Below, one piece after another: positions 9,334-17,994 of a stretch of DNA of 26,454 nt (the first letter of the stretch is position 1; each line of letters starts with the position of its first letter). The stretch is from a virus. Its lineage: Duplodnaviria; Caudoviricetes. The DNA is taken from positions 1-26,454 of the IMG/VR virus record IMGVR_UViG_3300006851_000021. The stretch is one strand, 5' to 3'. The notes beneath the pieces are model-generated. The model was given only the letters and a program-made list of their open reading frames with translations. It had not been told where the DNA came from and made no database searches. The translations under genes were made by a program, and so were the position numbers.

Positions 9334-10587
9334 ATGTTACTTCAATATCATCTTACGGGAGGAGTCACTGCCTCCGAGGCCAAGGTTTTAGTATCTCATT
9401 CGGGCAGCGATGGGCAAGCAATTAAAGTCCATGCCTCTGATGGCGCGTCCTCCACAACGTACGGACCCGTTACGTCAAGCGGAAATTTTGCTGTGCTATT
9501 GTTAGATAACTTAGCGGCAAATACAAAATACGAAATAACGTACGAAATTGGCGGGGTCTTGCAGACAGAGAGGAAACCATCTTTTCGTACGCTTCCCACA
9601 GACGGATCCCCTGCCAGCTTTAGGGTGTGCGCGACTTCTTGCGCGGGGAATTACGGCGCAAGCGGGATGTGGTCAGGGTCTGGAAAATACAATGCCAGTA
9701 ATCAGAGGGTATGGGCGGAAATGATCAACAGAAATCCTCTTTTGACTGTAGTTAATGGAGATTGGGGGTATCTTAACGCTCCCAGAAATAATTATTCAAC
9801 GGAGAATTGGGATGCTTACAAGACGCATTTTCTCAAGCAATTAGAGCAACCGAATCAAATGAAATTATGGGATGTGTCTCCTGTCTTTTATGTTTTTGAT
9901 GATCATGACTCCACAGGGAAGACATCTTATGCTGAACAGTCTCGAAATAATCCCTATGTAACCCCCCTTAGAAACTTTTGGGATAACATGGTTCCTGATT
10001 ACGATATTCCCGGATCATTTCCATCTGGCGCAATTTATAAGTCTGTAATGGCAGGACGAACATTGATCATCGGTTTGGATGAACGCACAGATTGCGACCC
10101 AAGGACGGGATATACCGGCGACCCTGATGATAAAACAATGTTAGGAGATGCACAGAAAAGCTGGCTAAAGAATTTAATTAATACCACGAGCGCCAGAGGA
10201 ATTATTATTGTTTCCGGCTCAAATTGGATGGGACTCGGAAAGTCTGAAGGCTGGGAAAATTACCCAAACGAAGCACAAGAGATAGGCACCGTTATTAAGA
10301 ATTATAACCAGTCGGGAGGTACTTGTGTTTTTCTTGAGGGAAATATACATTACTCGGGGCTGGATGATGGCACCAACTGTCTCTATGCGGACTGCCCTAG
10401 GTTTGTTTTTAGCTCTATGGAGTCTGAAAAAGGGGGTGCCAGTGCTCCGTCACAATACTTTACACATGGCAGCTTAGGAAATGTGGGCATGTATGGAACT
10501 TTAGATATTGAGGATGACGGTACTAACTACAGCATCACGGGAACAATATGGGCGGATGGGATCCCCACGTACAGCATGACTGTCTGA
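9334..10587 (+). CDS. phoD: PhoD-family alkaline phosphatase/phosphodiesterase
   Basis: FN3-like N-domain (LAANTKYEI...SFRTLP), then TSC, GDWGY, FDDHD, LDERT, MLGDAQKSWL, WENYPNE and EGNIH in PhoD order; no signal peptide. Confidence 0.82.
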   Translation: MLLQYHLTGGVTASEAKVLVSHSGSDGQAIKVHASDGASSTTYGPVTSSGNFAVLLLDNLAANTKYEITYEIGGVLQTERKPSFRTLPTDGSPASFRVCATSCAGNYGASGMWSGSGKYNASNQRVWAEMINRNPLLTVVNGDWGYLNAPRNNYSTENWDAYKTHFLKQLEQPNQMKLWDVSPVFYVFDDHDSTGKTSYAEQSRNNPYVTPLRNFWDNMVPDYDIPGSFPSGAIYKSVMAGRTLIIGLDERTDCDPRTGYTGDPDDKTMLGDAQKSWLKNLINTTSARGIIIVSGSNWMGLGKSEGWENYPNEAQEIGTVIKNYNQSGGTCVFLEGNIHYSGLDDGTNCLYADCPRFVFSSMESEKGGASAPSQYFTHGSLGNVGMYGTLDIEDDGTNYSITGTIWADGIPTYSMTV

Positions 10588-10726
10588 TGATGATTGGGTG
10601 CTGTTTACGACATTTATCATCGACTGGGATGGGGCAAAAGAGACGATGTACCTAACTTATGATGGGCAAGTCAGCGCTGCCAAAAACGACGCTGAGGTGC
10701 TGGTCATAACATGGTAAAATAATCTT

Positions 10727-11152
10727 ATGAACACCGAGCAACTGAAAAAAGATCTGGTACGTGACGAAGGCGAAGTCCTCCATGCCTACAAGGACTCACT
10801 GGGGTACCTGACCATCGGCGTGGGTCACCTGATTGATGGACGTAAGGGTGGCCGGATACCACTGTACATATCGCGCCAGTTGCTCGAGCTGGACATCGAC
10901 CACGTAGTGGGTGAGCTTAAAAGCCGCATCCACAACTGGAACGAGCTGGACGACGTGCGGCAACGGGCGCTGGCCAACATGGCTTTTCAGCTGGGCGTGT
11001 CCGGGCTGATGGGGTTTCGAAATATGCTGCGCGCCATCTACAACAATGATTGGGGCAAGGCGCATGATGAGGCGCTCAATAGCCGGTGGGCGGATCAAAC
11101 GCCTAACCGTGCGCGGCGGATTGCCATGATGCTGCTTAATGGAGACTCCTGA
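10727..11152 (+). CDS. Endolysin, T4-lysozyme-like muramidase (GH24)
   Basis: DEG...YKDSLGYLTIGVGH catalytic motif; ALANMAFQLG; SRWADQTPNRA. Confidence 0.93.
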   Translation: MNTEQLKKDLVRDEGEVLHAYKDSLGYLTIGVGHLIDGRKGGRIPLYISRQLLELDIDHVVGELKSRIHNWNELDDVRQRALANMAFQLGVSGLMGFRNMLRAIYNNDWGKAHDEALNSRWADQTPNRARRIAMMLLNGDS

Positions 11153-11729
11153 CATGGGCGCACTAATCACAGCATTACTATCAGCCGGGCCTAGCCTGAT
11201 ACGGGCCGCTGGCTCGCTGATGGGGGGCACCGGTAAAGAGGTGGCCGACAAAGCGGCTGATGCTGTCGAGGCGGTGACTGGCACGTCTGACCCAGCGGGC
11301 GAGTTGTCTAAGGCTTTATCCGGGCTATCTGCCGACCAGATCACGGCACTGGGCCAGATCAAGACGCAGATCGAGCAGATTGACGCCGACCGGGAAGCGA
11401 CCCGGATCAAAGCCGGGGTTGACGACCGGGCCGCCATCAACAAGACCATGCGGGCCGAGGTCAAATCGCCCAATGTGTTTAAAACCGGGTGGCGCAGCGC
11501 GATTGGCTGGACGATGGCGTTGTCTTTTTTGCTGATGACCGGCTCACTGTGTTACGCGGTGATCAACGACCCCACGCAGCTGCCCAACGCCGTATCCGGC
11601 ATGATGACGCTAGCCGTCGCGATGGCTGCCGTCTTGGGTATCAACATCGGCGGCGAGCGTCGATTGCATGAGTCAACAATTACCAAGCAGCCAAGTAAAG
11701 GGTTGTTTGATGTGCTTAAAAGGGGATGA
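11139..11729 (+). CDS. Holin (3TM/GTA-holin-like)
   Basis: Follows the endolysin; WRSAIGW motif followed by two hydrophobic segments, plus an N-terminal hydrophobic stretch. Confidence 0.75.
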   Translation: METPDMGALITALLSAGPSLIRAAGSLMGGTGKEVADKAADAVEAVTGTSDPAGELSKALSGLSADQITALGQIKTQIEQIDADREATRIKAGVDDRAAINKTMRAEVKSPNVFKTGWRSAIGWTMALSFLLMTGSLCYAVINDPTQLPNAVSGMMTLAVAMAAVLGINIGGERRLHESTITKQPSKGLFDVLKRG

Positions 11730-12037
11730 GCATGGAGGATGAGCGTGTATATCATCAGATCAGTGAGCTTGATCGACGCACAACGCGCCACGAGGCAAGA
11801 ATCGAAATGGCTGAGCGGCGTCTAGAAGACGGCAAGGCCGAGATGGCCGCTCTGCGCGAGCGCATGGAGGCTAACCACGGCGAGACAACCCGTCAGCTAT
11901 CTGCGTTTGGCGGATTGATAAGCGAAATAAATGGGTCGCTCAAAACAATGCGGTGGGGTATACCCACCGCTATCACATTGATCGGCGTCGTATGCGCGGC
12001 AATTGGTGTGGTCGGTAAGACTATGGGTTTTTGGTAA
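11726..12037 (+). CDS. Coiled-coil protein with C-terminal TM helix (lysis-associated)
   Basis: ATGA overlap with the holin; charged coiled coil then WGIPTAITLIGVVCAAIGVV. Confidence 0.6.
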   Translation: MSMEDERVYHQISELDRRTTRHEARIEMAERRLEDGKAEMAALRERMEANHGETTRQLSAFGGLISEINGSLKTMRWGIPTAITLIGVVCAAIGVVGKTMGFW

Positions 12038-13187
12038 GCATCTCGGGTGCTATCGTCACCCGGCCCACTTCGCCCGCCTGTTTATGGTATGTGATCACCG
12101 AGGCGCTACGGTCAGCCAAGTAACCATGCCGGGTAGCATAAGCGTCTTTAGCGGCTAAGGTCGGGTGTTGCTCGATGTGCATCAGCCGGGTCTCCATCAC
12201 CTGTTTATGATGCTTATGGCCAAGGTGGCCGTAACCGTATTTAGTCCTGCCAAAGACCTCACGAAATTTACCGGCAAATACTGAATCAGCTTCTTTGGGC
12301 TTGGTCAAGTGCCCATGGTGAAAATACAACGCCGTCTTACCGTGCTCATAGCAGTAGTAAGGATCGGCGCGGGTGTCCACCGAGATGCGGGGGTCATCTT
12401 CATACAATGCAGACATCCATTTGCGTGAGTGGACCGACGACGAGATATCATGGTTACCCTCGGCCATGATGATATGCACTTGGCTATGCGTTGCGGCTAA
12501 TTCGCGCACGATGCGACGGATGGCGCGGATGCCTACCTCGATTATCTTGTCTAGCCGGGTATCAGCGTCCAGCACATTACGGTGCTCTGGCGTGACCGAG
12601 TCCAAGCTATCATAATGGTACCAGTCGCCAATCTGCGCCAGCACTGCCGTGTCCGCTTGGGGCGCTTGACGCACCGCTTCAGCTATCCATCGGTATAGCA
12701 TTTCTTCGGCGATGTCGGTATCCCAATCCGTGCCGGTTTCTTTGCCATAACTCAACATGCCCAAGTGATAGTCAGTCAGGATAAAGCAGTTGAGCAGATC
12801 GCCATTTCTCGGATGGGGTACCGGTACCGGGGTTTCAGGCGGTATGGATTTTGCCATTTCGGCAACCATGGCCTGCATGACGTGCAGTTGCCTCTCCTTG
12901 TCCGCATCGGCCTTATACCACGTCGTAGTCCCGCCATTGGGGTGCTCGCCGTGGGTATAGCCTTTGAGCACAAACCCCGGTGCAGTGGCCTTTTTCAGGC
13001 CGCTATCGGGGGCGTATCCTTGCCGTGCTGCACGTACCTTGATGCGCTCTATGGCCCTGTCTACCGTGCGTCGATCTACACCGCAATGCTTGGCCGCTTT
13101 TATTGCGCTGCCGTGCTCTATGACGGCATCAATGTAACGCTTTTGGGTAGGTGTGCTGGCAAAAGCTCGTAATTTAGGATCAATCAT
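12021..13187 (-). CDS. HTH-fused calcineurin-like metallophosphoesterase
   Basis: N-terminal HTH (HGSAIKAAKHCGVDRRTV); motifs TDYHLG, GDWYHYD, GNHD, HHGH and GHKHH. Confidence 0.85.
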   Translation of the reverse strand: MIDPKLRAFASTPTQKRYIDAVIEHGSAIKAAKHCGVDRRTVDRAIERIKVRAARQGYAPDSGLKKATAPGFVLKGYTHGEHPNGGTTTWYKADADKERQLHVMQAMVAEMAKSIPPETPVPVPHPRNGDLLNCFILTDYHLGMLSYGKETGTDWDTDIAEEMLYRWIAEAVRQAPQADTAVLAQIGDWYHYDSLDSVTPEHRNVLDADTRLDKIIEVGIRAIRRIVRELAATHSQVHIIMAEGNHDISSSVHSRKWMSALYEDDPRISVDTRADPYYCYEHGKTALYFHHGHLTKPKEADSVFAGKFREVFGRTKYGYGHLGHKHHKQVMETRLMHIEQHPTLAAKDAYATRHGYLADRSASVITYHKQAGEVGRVTIAPEMLTKNP

Positions 13188-13503
13188 TTTTTGCTCGCAT
13201 ATCGTGATAGATCACCATCGCGAGAGTACGGGCGCTATTAACACAAAACTTCTTTCCTTTGATTATTACATGCATCGGGTGATCACCTAGCTCGCATTCG
13301 AGCCACCAATAGTCTATCCATTTGCCCCCGAAAAAATCGTCTAATGCTTTCGCGTGGGCGCTTACAGGGTCTACTATCCCTTTCGCTAGCGATGACTCAG
13401 GGGCCATCCGCGTCAGCTTGTACAAATCATTGTACGTAGCAGTCATTGCTTGTGCCGACTTTGTAAAGTCTTCGACGTATTTTAATATGGTTTCGTATTT
13501 CAT
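13180..13503 (-). CDS. Hypothetical protein
   Basis: 107 aa, overlaps the start of the downstream gene. Confidence 0.65.
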   Translation of the reverse strand: MKYETILKYVEDFTKSAQAMTATYNDLYKLTRMAPESSLAKGIVDPVSAHAKALDDFFGGKWIDYWWLECELGDHPMHVIIKGKKFCVNSARTLAMVIYHDMRAKND

Positions 13504-13506
13504 TTC

Positions 13507-13656
13507 TCACGCTCTTGCATCATGTCGTGGGCGTAGGGATATCATTTTAAGCGGAGCGTGGCCATAAGACCCACTTGCCAAAAGCCCCTGCAACGCCGCC
13601 ATTGCGGATTGGTCGCGTAGCTCTGTATCTTCTTGTGTTGGCTCTGAGTCATTCAT
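13507..13656 (-). CDS. Small phage protein (LRDxxAMAALQGLLA type), possibly frameshifted
   Basis: Hand translation MNDSEPTQEDTELRDQSAMAALQGLLASG...; GAGG upstream. Confidence 0.5.
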   Translation of the reverse strand: MNDSEPTQEDTELRDQSAMAALQGLLASGSYGHAPLKMISLRPRHDARA

Positions 13657-13659
13657 TTT

Positions 13660-13998
13660 TTACACCTCTAAAACGGACACCACATAACGCTTTGTATGCT
13701 TGTCCCAGTTAAGTACCTGCACCATCCCGTCGGTGTTGTCCGCAGCAATCGCCGCTGCGGCTGCCATCGCACGGGGTGTACCCATCAGCAACAAATAATC
13801 CTCCTCGGTAAAATCCTCCAACTCCATCACAAGCGTCTGACAAATGAATTCATCTGACAAATCAAACTGGTTGCGGCTGCTGGGTAGCATAACCTTGATC
13901 TCGCCAAACGCTTCGGCCTGCGACGTGTCGAAGGGGACAAACTGGCCGATGCTTTTAACAAACATACCGGACTGCTGCACTTGATAAACTATCGACAT
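13660..13998 (-). CDS. Phage hypothetical protein (small alpha/beta fold)
   Basis: Start MSIVYQ at 13998 with GAGG RBS; DYLLLMGTP and LNWDK motifs. Confidence 0.7.
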   Translation of the reverse strand: MSIVYQVQQSGMFVKSIGQFVPFDTSQAEAFGEIKVMLPSSRNQFDLSDEFICQTLVMELEDFTEEDYLLLMGTPRAMAAAAAIAADNTDGMVQVLNWDKHTKRYVVSVLEV

Positions 13999-14024
13999 TA
14001 TATTTCTACCTCTAATCTGATGGG

Positions 14025-14186
14025 TCAATTGTACCACTCTTTTTCGGATTCGCCAACCTTTAATTTTATCTGGTCTGGCCTGTATCCATACTGAGCCAAC
14101 GTCTTGACAAACTCGGCGGCCTCTGGTAGTTGCTGCTGCAAGTCATCCCAGATTTCGCGCTTGGTTACTTTTTTCTGTTGATCCAC
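14025..14186 (-). CDS. Hypothetical 53-aa protein
   Basis: GTG start overlapping the VRR-NUC end: MDQQKKVTKREIWDDLQQQLPEAAEFVK...EWYN. Confidence 0.5.
   Translation of the reverse strand: MDQQKKVTKREIWDDLQQQLPEAAEFVKTLAQYGYRPDQIKLKVGESEKEWYN
14028..14056 (-). promoter_or_regulatory. Sigma70-type promoter
   Basis: TTGGCG-N17-TACAAT with extended -10 TG. Confidence 0.6.
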
Positions 14187-14572
14187 AATTCAACCCCTGT
14201 CATTGCCGCATCCGCACCCAACGCCACGATAACAAAGCATCCTTGCTCTTGGGCGGCGCGCAGATACTCCTGCTGCCCTGGCTGCCACCGCGATTGCGTG
14301 TGATCACGTCGCTTGATCTCACAAACAAAAGCAGGCGCGCCGGGTATGATGATGTCACTAGCACCCGCATTCAGCGCGCCCATCGCTTTAGCGTTGGCAG
14401 CTTGGCGGTAATGACGTTTGCCTTCATTTTGAGGATGTATCAACAGGGCCGCTTGCTCGGGGTGCTGTTGGCGCATCCGGTTGATAAAGGTAACATGCTC
14501 AACAGTTTCTTTTGGGCAAGTGCCGCGGTAAGTCATGTCGCCAATCACGGTAAGATCATTGGGAAATTTCAT
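14165..14572 (-). CDS. VRR-NUC domain nuclease
   Basis: Start MKFPNDL at 14572; IHPQNEGKR...GASDIII...CEIKR...Q is a PD-(D/E)xK VRR-NUC signature. Confidence 0.85.
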   Translation of the reverse strand: MKFPNDLTVIGDMTYRGTCPKETVEHVTFINRMRQQHPEQAALLIHPQNEGKRHYRQAANAKAMGALNAGASDIIIPGAPAFVCEIKRRDHTQSRWQPGQQEYLRAAQEQGCFVIVALGADAAMTGVELWINRKK

Positions 14573-16340
14573 CGGCTGGCCTATTGTAGTCAAGTATGCG
14601 CCAAAATCCGCTGGCGCGGTCTTTAAGATATGTGACCGTTTCGGGCATCGTTTTGCCGTCATCGGTTTTTGTCCTCCACAGCATGTAATCAGTCTGCGCG
14701 CGCTTGGCGCGGGATGTATATGGTAGAAACTGCGTGATATTTTTACGGTACTCGGTTTGGTAATGTACTTTTTTCATTGGGTTACCGGCCCGGCTCATGG
14801 TGGGCTGCACCGTCCATGATAGCACCTTGTCGGTACTGGTCTGGTACGGATCGGCTTTCATCCGCGCAAACTCCATACGCAACTTTTCGTTTGGGTCAAC
14901 CAGCTCGGCGCGGCACGATTCGCAGTACCGCGCAGCGATGTCATTGCCCGCGCCACACTCCTCACAGGTGCGCTCGGTCCATCGGTAACTACACCGCACC
15001 ATATGCCCACCGGTGATACGGGTGCCGGTACAGCGCCGCCCATGGTGCGCGGGCATATCGCCATATTCGCCTTCAATGCGATGACCGTCCAAGTCGATAA
15101 AGTAACCATCTTGGCTGATGCCATAGCCGTCCGGGTTTTCGCGGCCTGTAAATTGGTTGACATGGTGACAGTCGGGGCAGGCTACATCAATCGGCGTGCC
15201 GGATTGTTTGGCATAGGGCGCGTCTACATTGGGATTAAACAAGTCGCCATCGGGGGTATGCGTTTCGATGTTTTCAGCGTAGTCCAATATCAGGCAATCC
15301 TGTTTATCCTCATGCAGGCGCAGCCCGCGACCGATGCACTGCTGAAAAAGTCCTGCCGATTCGGTATGGCGCATCATAACTACACAGTCAATAGTGGGTA
15401 TGTCCGTGCCGGTGGTCAGCACCGCCACATTGACAATATATTTCACCGCCCCGCTGCGGGCATCACTGATGATCTGTTGCCGCTCGTGCTTGGGCGTGTT
15501 GCCATCTATGTACGCTGTGCCAATAGGCATGGATTCAAGGATTTCTTTCGCATGTTGACGGCTGGCGGCAAATATCAAAACGCACCGCCGATCGGCGCAA
15601 CGGGCCACCAAGTCGCTCACGATATGGCTTGTCTTGCGCCCTTGGCCGGTAAACGTTTGCTCCACACTGGCCGATGTATAGCTGCCGGTGCGATTGATCT
15701 CAAGCCCAGATGTGTCGTACTGGCCGTCATGCTCACCGATCACCGGTGGCGTCAAATAGCCATCGCGGATCAACTCTCGTGCTGTAATCCGATACACCAT
15801 ACGCTTAAAAAAGCGCGTCTCGGGGTAGTCCGTGCTGGTGCCGTCTGGCCATGAATCAAAGATATATCCATGACGCATAGTGTACGGCGTGGCCGTAAAT
15901 CCGATGATGCGCACGTTTGGGTTTTGTTGGCGGATCGCGTCCACGATTTGGTATATCGTAGGGGTTAGCGCGGCGTGGGTTTCGTCCAATATGACCGCCG
16001 CCACATTGGGCGCGATATGGTCGATAGCGTTAACCACTGTGCCCGGCGTGCCAAACACGACCGGGTGCCGCAACGACTTGTCGCCCGCGCTGGCGCTAAA
16101 AATGCTGGCCGGGTTGCCTGTCGCTAAATACTTTTCGCGATTTTGATGGACTAGCTCGGCTTTGGGCGCTAAGCACAAGATGCGCTTGCCCGACTTGCTG
16201 TAGATCGCATTGGCCACGGCGGCTATGACGTGCGATTTTCCTGCTCCTGTGGCGGCCTCGATCAAACATGGATCAACGCACTTGCTGACCCATGCCATGA
16301 TCGCATCATAAGCTTGTTGTTGGTAGGGGCGTAGGGTCAT
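14556..16340 (-). CDS. SF2 DEAD/DEAH helicase with C-terminal Zn fingers
   Basis: LRPYQ, ATGAGKS, DETH, TATP, QCIGRGLR; CPDC, CEEC and CESC motifs. Confidence 0.95.
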   Translation of the reverse strand: MTLRPYQQQAYDAIMAWVSKCVDPCLIEAATGAGKSHVIAAVANAIYSKSGKRILCLAPKAELVHQNREKYLATGNPASIFSASAGDKSLRHPVVFGTPGTVVNAIDHIAPNVAAVILDETHAALTPTIYQIVDAIRQQNPNVRIIGFTATPYTMRHGYIFDSWPDGTSTDYPETRFFKRMVYRITARELIRDGYLTPPVIGEHDGQYDTSGLEINRTGSYTSASVEQTFTGQGRKTSHIVSDLVARCADRRCVLIFAASRQHAKEILESMPIGTAYIDGNTPKHERQQIISDARSGAVKYIVNVAVLTTGTDIPTIDCVVMMRHTESAGLFQQCIGRGLRLHEDKQDCLILDYAENIETHTPDGDLFNPNVDAPYAKQSGTPIDVACPDCHHVNQFTGRENPDGYGISQDGYFIDLDGHRIEGEYGDMPAHHGRRCTGTRITGGHMVRCSYRWTERTCEECGAGNDIAARYCESCRAELVDPNEKLRMEFARMKADPYQTSTDKVLSWTVQPTMSRAGNPMKKVHYQTEYRKNITQFLPYTSRAKRAQTDYMLWRTKTDDGKTMPETVTYLKDRASGFWRILDYNRPADEISQ

Positions 16341-16519
16341 GTGGATACAGATAGCAGTTTCAAAAACCGGGCAGCCTGCTCTTGCTTATCAAAATGAAAC
16401 GATGTCATGGTATTAAATTCTCGATTCGACGCCCACCGGACGCACCACATGTCATAGTAGCTGGCATCACAAAACATCTCCCACGTCTGCCCGCGTTTGT
16501 CGGTTATTTCATACTCCAT
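16337..16519 (-). CDS. Hypothetical protein
   Basis: 60 aa, AGGAG RBS, ATGA overlap with the helicase. Confidence 0.65.
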   Translation of the reverse strand: MEYEITDKRGQTWEMFCDASYYDMWCVRWASNREFNTMTSFHFDKQEQAARFLKLLSVST

Positions 16520-16582
16520 TATTGCACTCCTGTGGGTATAAAGCAGGCAGTTTACCGCGATGCCCAGCGCTCTTGGGGCTAA

Positions 16583-17098
16583 CTAAAACGGGATGTCATC
16601 GTCAACATCAGGCTTTTTCTCGGCAGCTTGGGGTTGGCCTGTGCCGCCCACCTTGTTTACCCAGTTACCACTGCGCTCCAACCCGTCATTAGACTGCTCG
16701 GCGGTGATCGTCCACACCTGCACATCAATCATCATGATTTTGTTGAGCAGCGCCGCTTGCAAGTCCTGGTCGGTTGGCGTGTCGCCCGTCTTCGCAAGTT
16801 GCCCGCCAGCATTGGCGTCGATCGCAGCCAGCATGCGCAATGCCTTGTCGCGTTTATTGTTATCCTCGTTGTTGACGCGCAGCTTTTGAAATATCTTGCG
16901 ATTTTTGTATTCGGACGGCTCCAGCACCGTCCATTCAAGATTGATAAACTCGGGGTCATCCTCGAATCGTTTCCATTCGGCCCCGGTGATCATGGATTTT
17001 AAACACGATCCGCCGGGGATCGGCTCCATGTTGCCGCCTACTTCGAACTCTGTGCCGGTATCGGTGGCGACGCCGTCTTGTGTGCTCCAAAAACTCAT
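16583..17098 (-). CDS. Single-stranded DNA-binding protein (DUF669-like)
   Basis: EPIPGG...Y KNRKIFQKL and acidic tail DDDIPF. Confidence 0.85.
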   Translation of the reverse strand: MSFWSTQDGVATDTGTEFEVGGNMEPIPGGSCLKSMITGAEWKRFEDDPEFINLEWTVLEPSEYKNRKIFQKLRVNNEDNNKRDKALRMLAAIDANAGGQLAKTGDTPTDQDLQAALLNKIMMIDVQVWTITAEQSNDGLERSGNWVNKVGGTGQPQAAEKKPDVDDDIPF

Positions 17099-17994
17099 TA
17101 GGATAGCCTCCAGCTAATTGATGCCTTTTTGCGATATTGCTCTACATCTAAATCGGGTAAATTGTCCTTTATAACCTTGCCGTAATCTACATTGCCCTTG
17201 CGCTCCACTTTGGTTAGTTTGTGTCCTGCGATCTCTGCATCTTGTCCCATAGCCGCATCAACCAGTCGATCCATGTGTGTCTTGCGCTCCTCCTTTAGGT
17301 CTTTCATCTCGGCGTCGATTTGCTTGATGCGCACCACTTTGTTGATCGCGTCTTGATCGTCGATTACGCGCCGTAGTGGCTCTAGATGCTCGGGGTTGTG
17401 CAATTCGTCTAGGTAGCGGTCGTGAAAGCAGATTAAATTACAAATATGGCGTCCGCACCACTCAGCATCAAGATATACCGGCTCAATCAGTCCTTGCTCC
17501 GGTCTATAAGTCTCGCTGAATGGATCGCCAAACTCTGGCGCATATTGTACGAAATATGCCTTGTCCTTTTCGGCAGCCAGCATTTCGGCCTGCACCTGTG
17601 CGTAGTACCACGGCATCTCGTCGATCGATTGAAACTCAGGGTCCAGTGTGTTGCGAAATTTAAACGGTACCTTGATCTCGATCACACCGTCATCGCTGGT
17701 TAATCCATCTGGGCTAGCGCCGCCCCAATCTTGTATTTTAAAAAAACCACATTCTTCGACGGTGATACCCGTTTCGCGCTCAAACCATTTAGTAGCGGCG
17801 CGCTCGTATTGTTGACCGTATTGGGTAGCCGGATTGCCTGTAAACTCGCGCTCGGCTCCGTGTGCCTCTCGCACCATGGCACGCAAAACCTCTTCGGGTT
17901 TGCGCCAAGGATTCAGGCCTAGCACGGCGCCCCAGTTGCTGCCGGTGACGCGACCCTTGCGTGCGTCAAACCACTCAGCTGTACGTTGCTCCAT
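17098..17994 (-). CDS. YqaJ/lambda-exonuclease-family recombinase nuclease
   Basis: EQRTAEWFDARKGRVTGS, GASPDGL, IEIKVP and YYAQVQ. Confidence 0.92.
   Translation of the reverse strand: MEQRTAEWFDARKGRVTGSNWGAVLGLNPWRKPEEVLRAMVREAHGAEREFTGNPATQYGQQYERAATKWFERETGITVEECGFFKIQDWGGASPDGLTSDDGVIEIKVPFKFRNTLDPEFQSIDEMPWYYAQVQAEMLAAEKDKAYFVQYAPEFGDPFSETYRPEQGLIEPVYLDAEWCGRHICNLICFHDRYLDELHNPEHLEPLRRVIDDQDAINKVVRIKQIDAEMKDLKEERKTHMDRLVDAAMGQDAEIAGHKLTKVERKGNVDYGKVIKDNLPDLDVEQYRKKASISWRLS

Noticed and set aside
10796-11473. 225-aa antisense ORF over endolysin/holin as a possible spanin
   Set aside because: Wrong strand, with no lipobox or TM segment.
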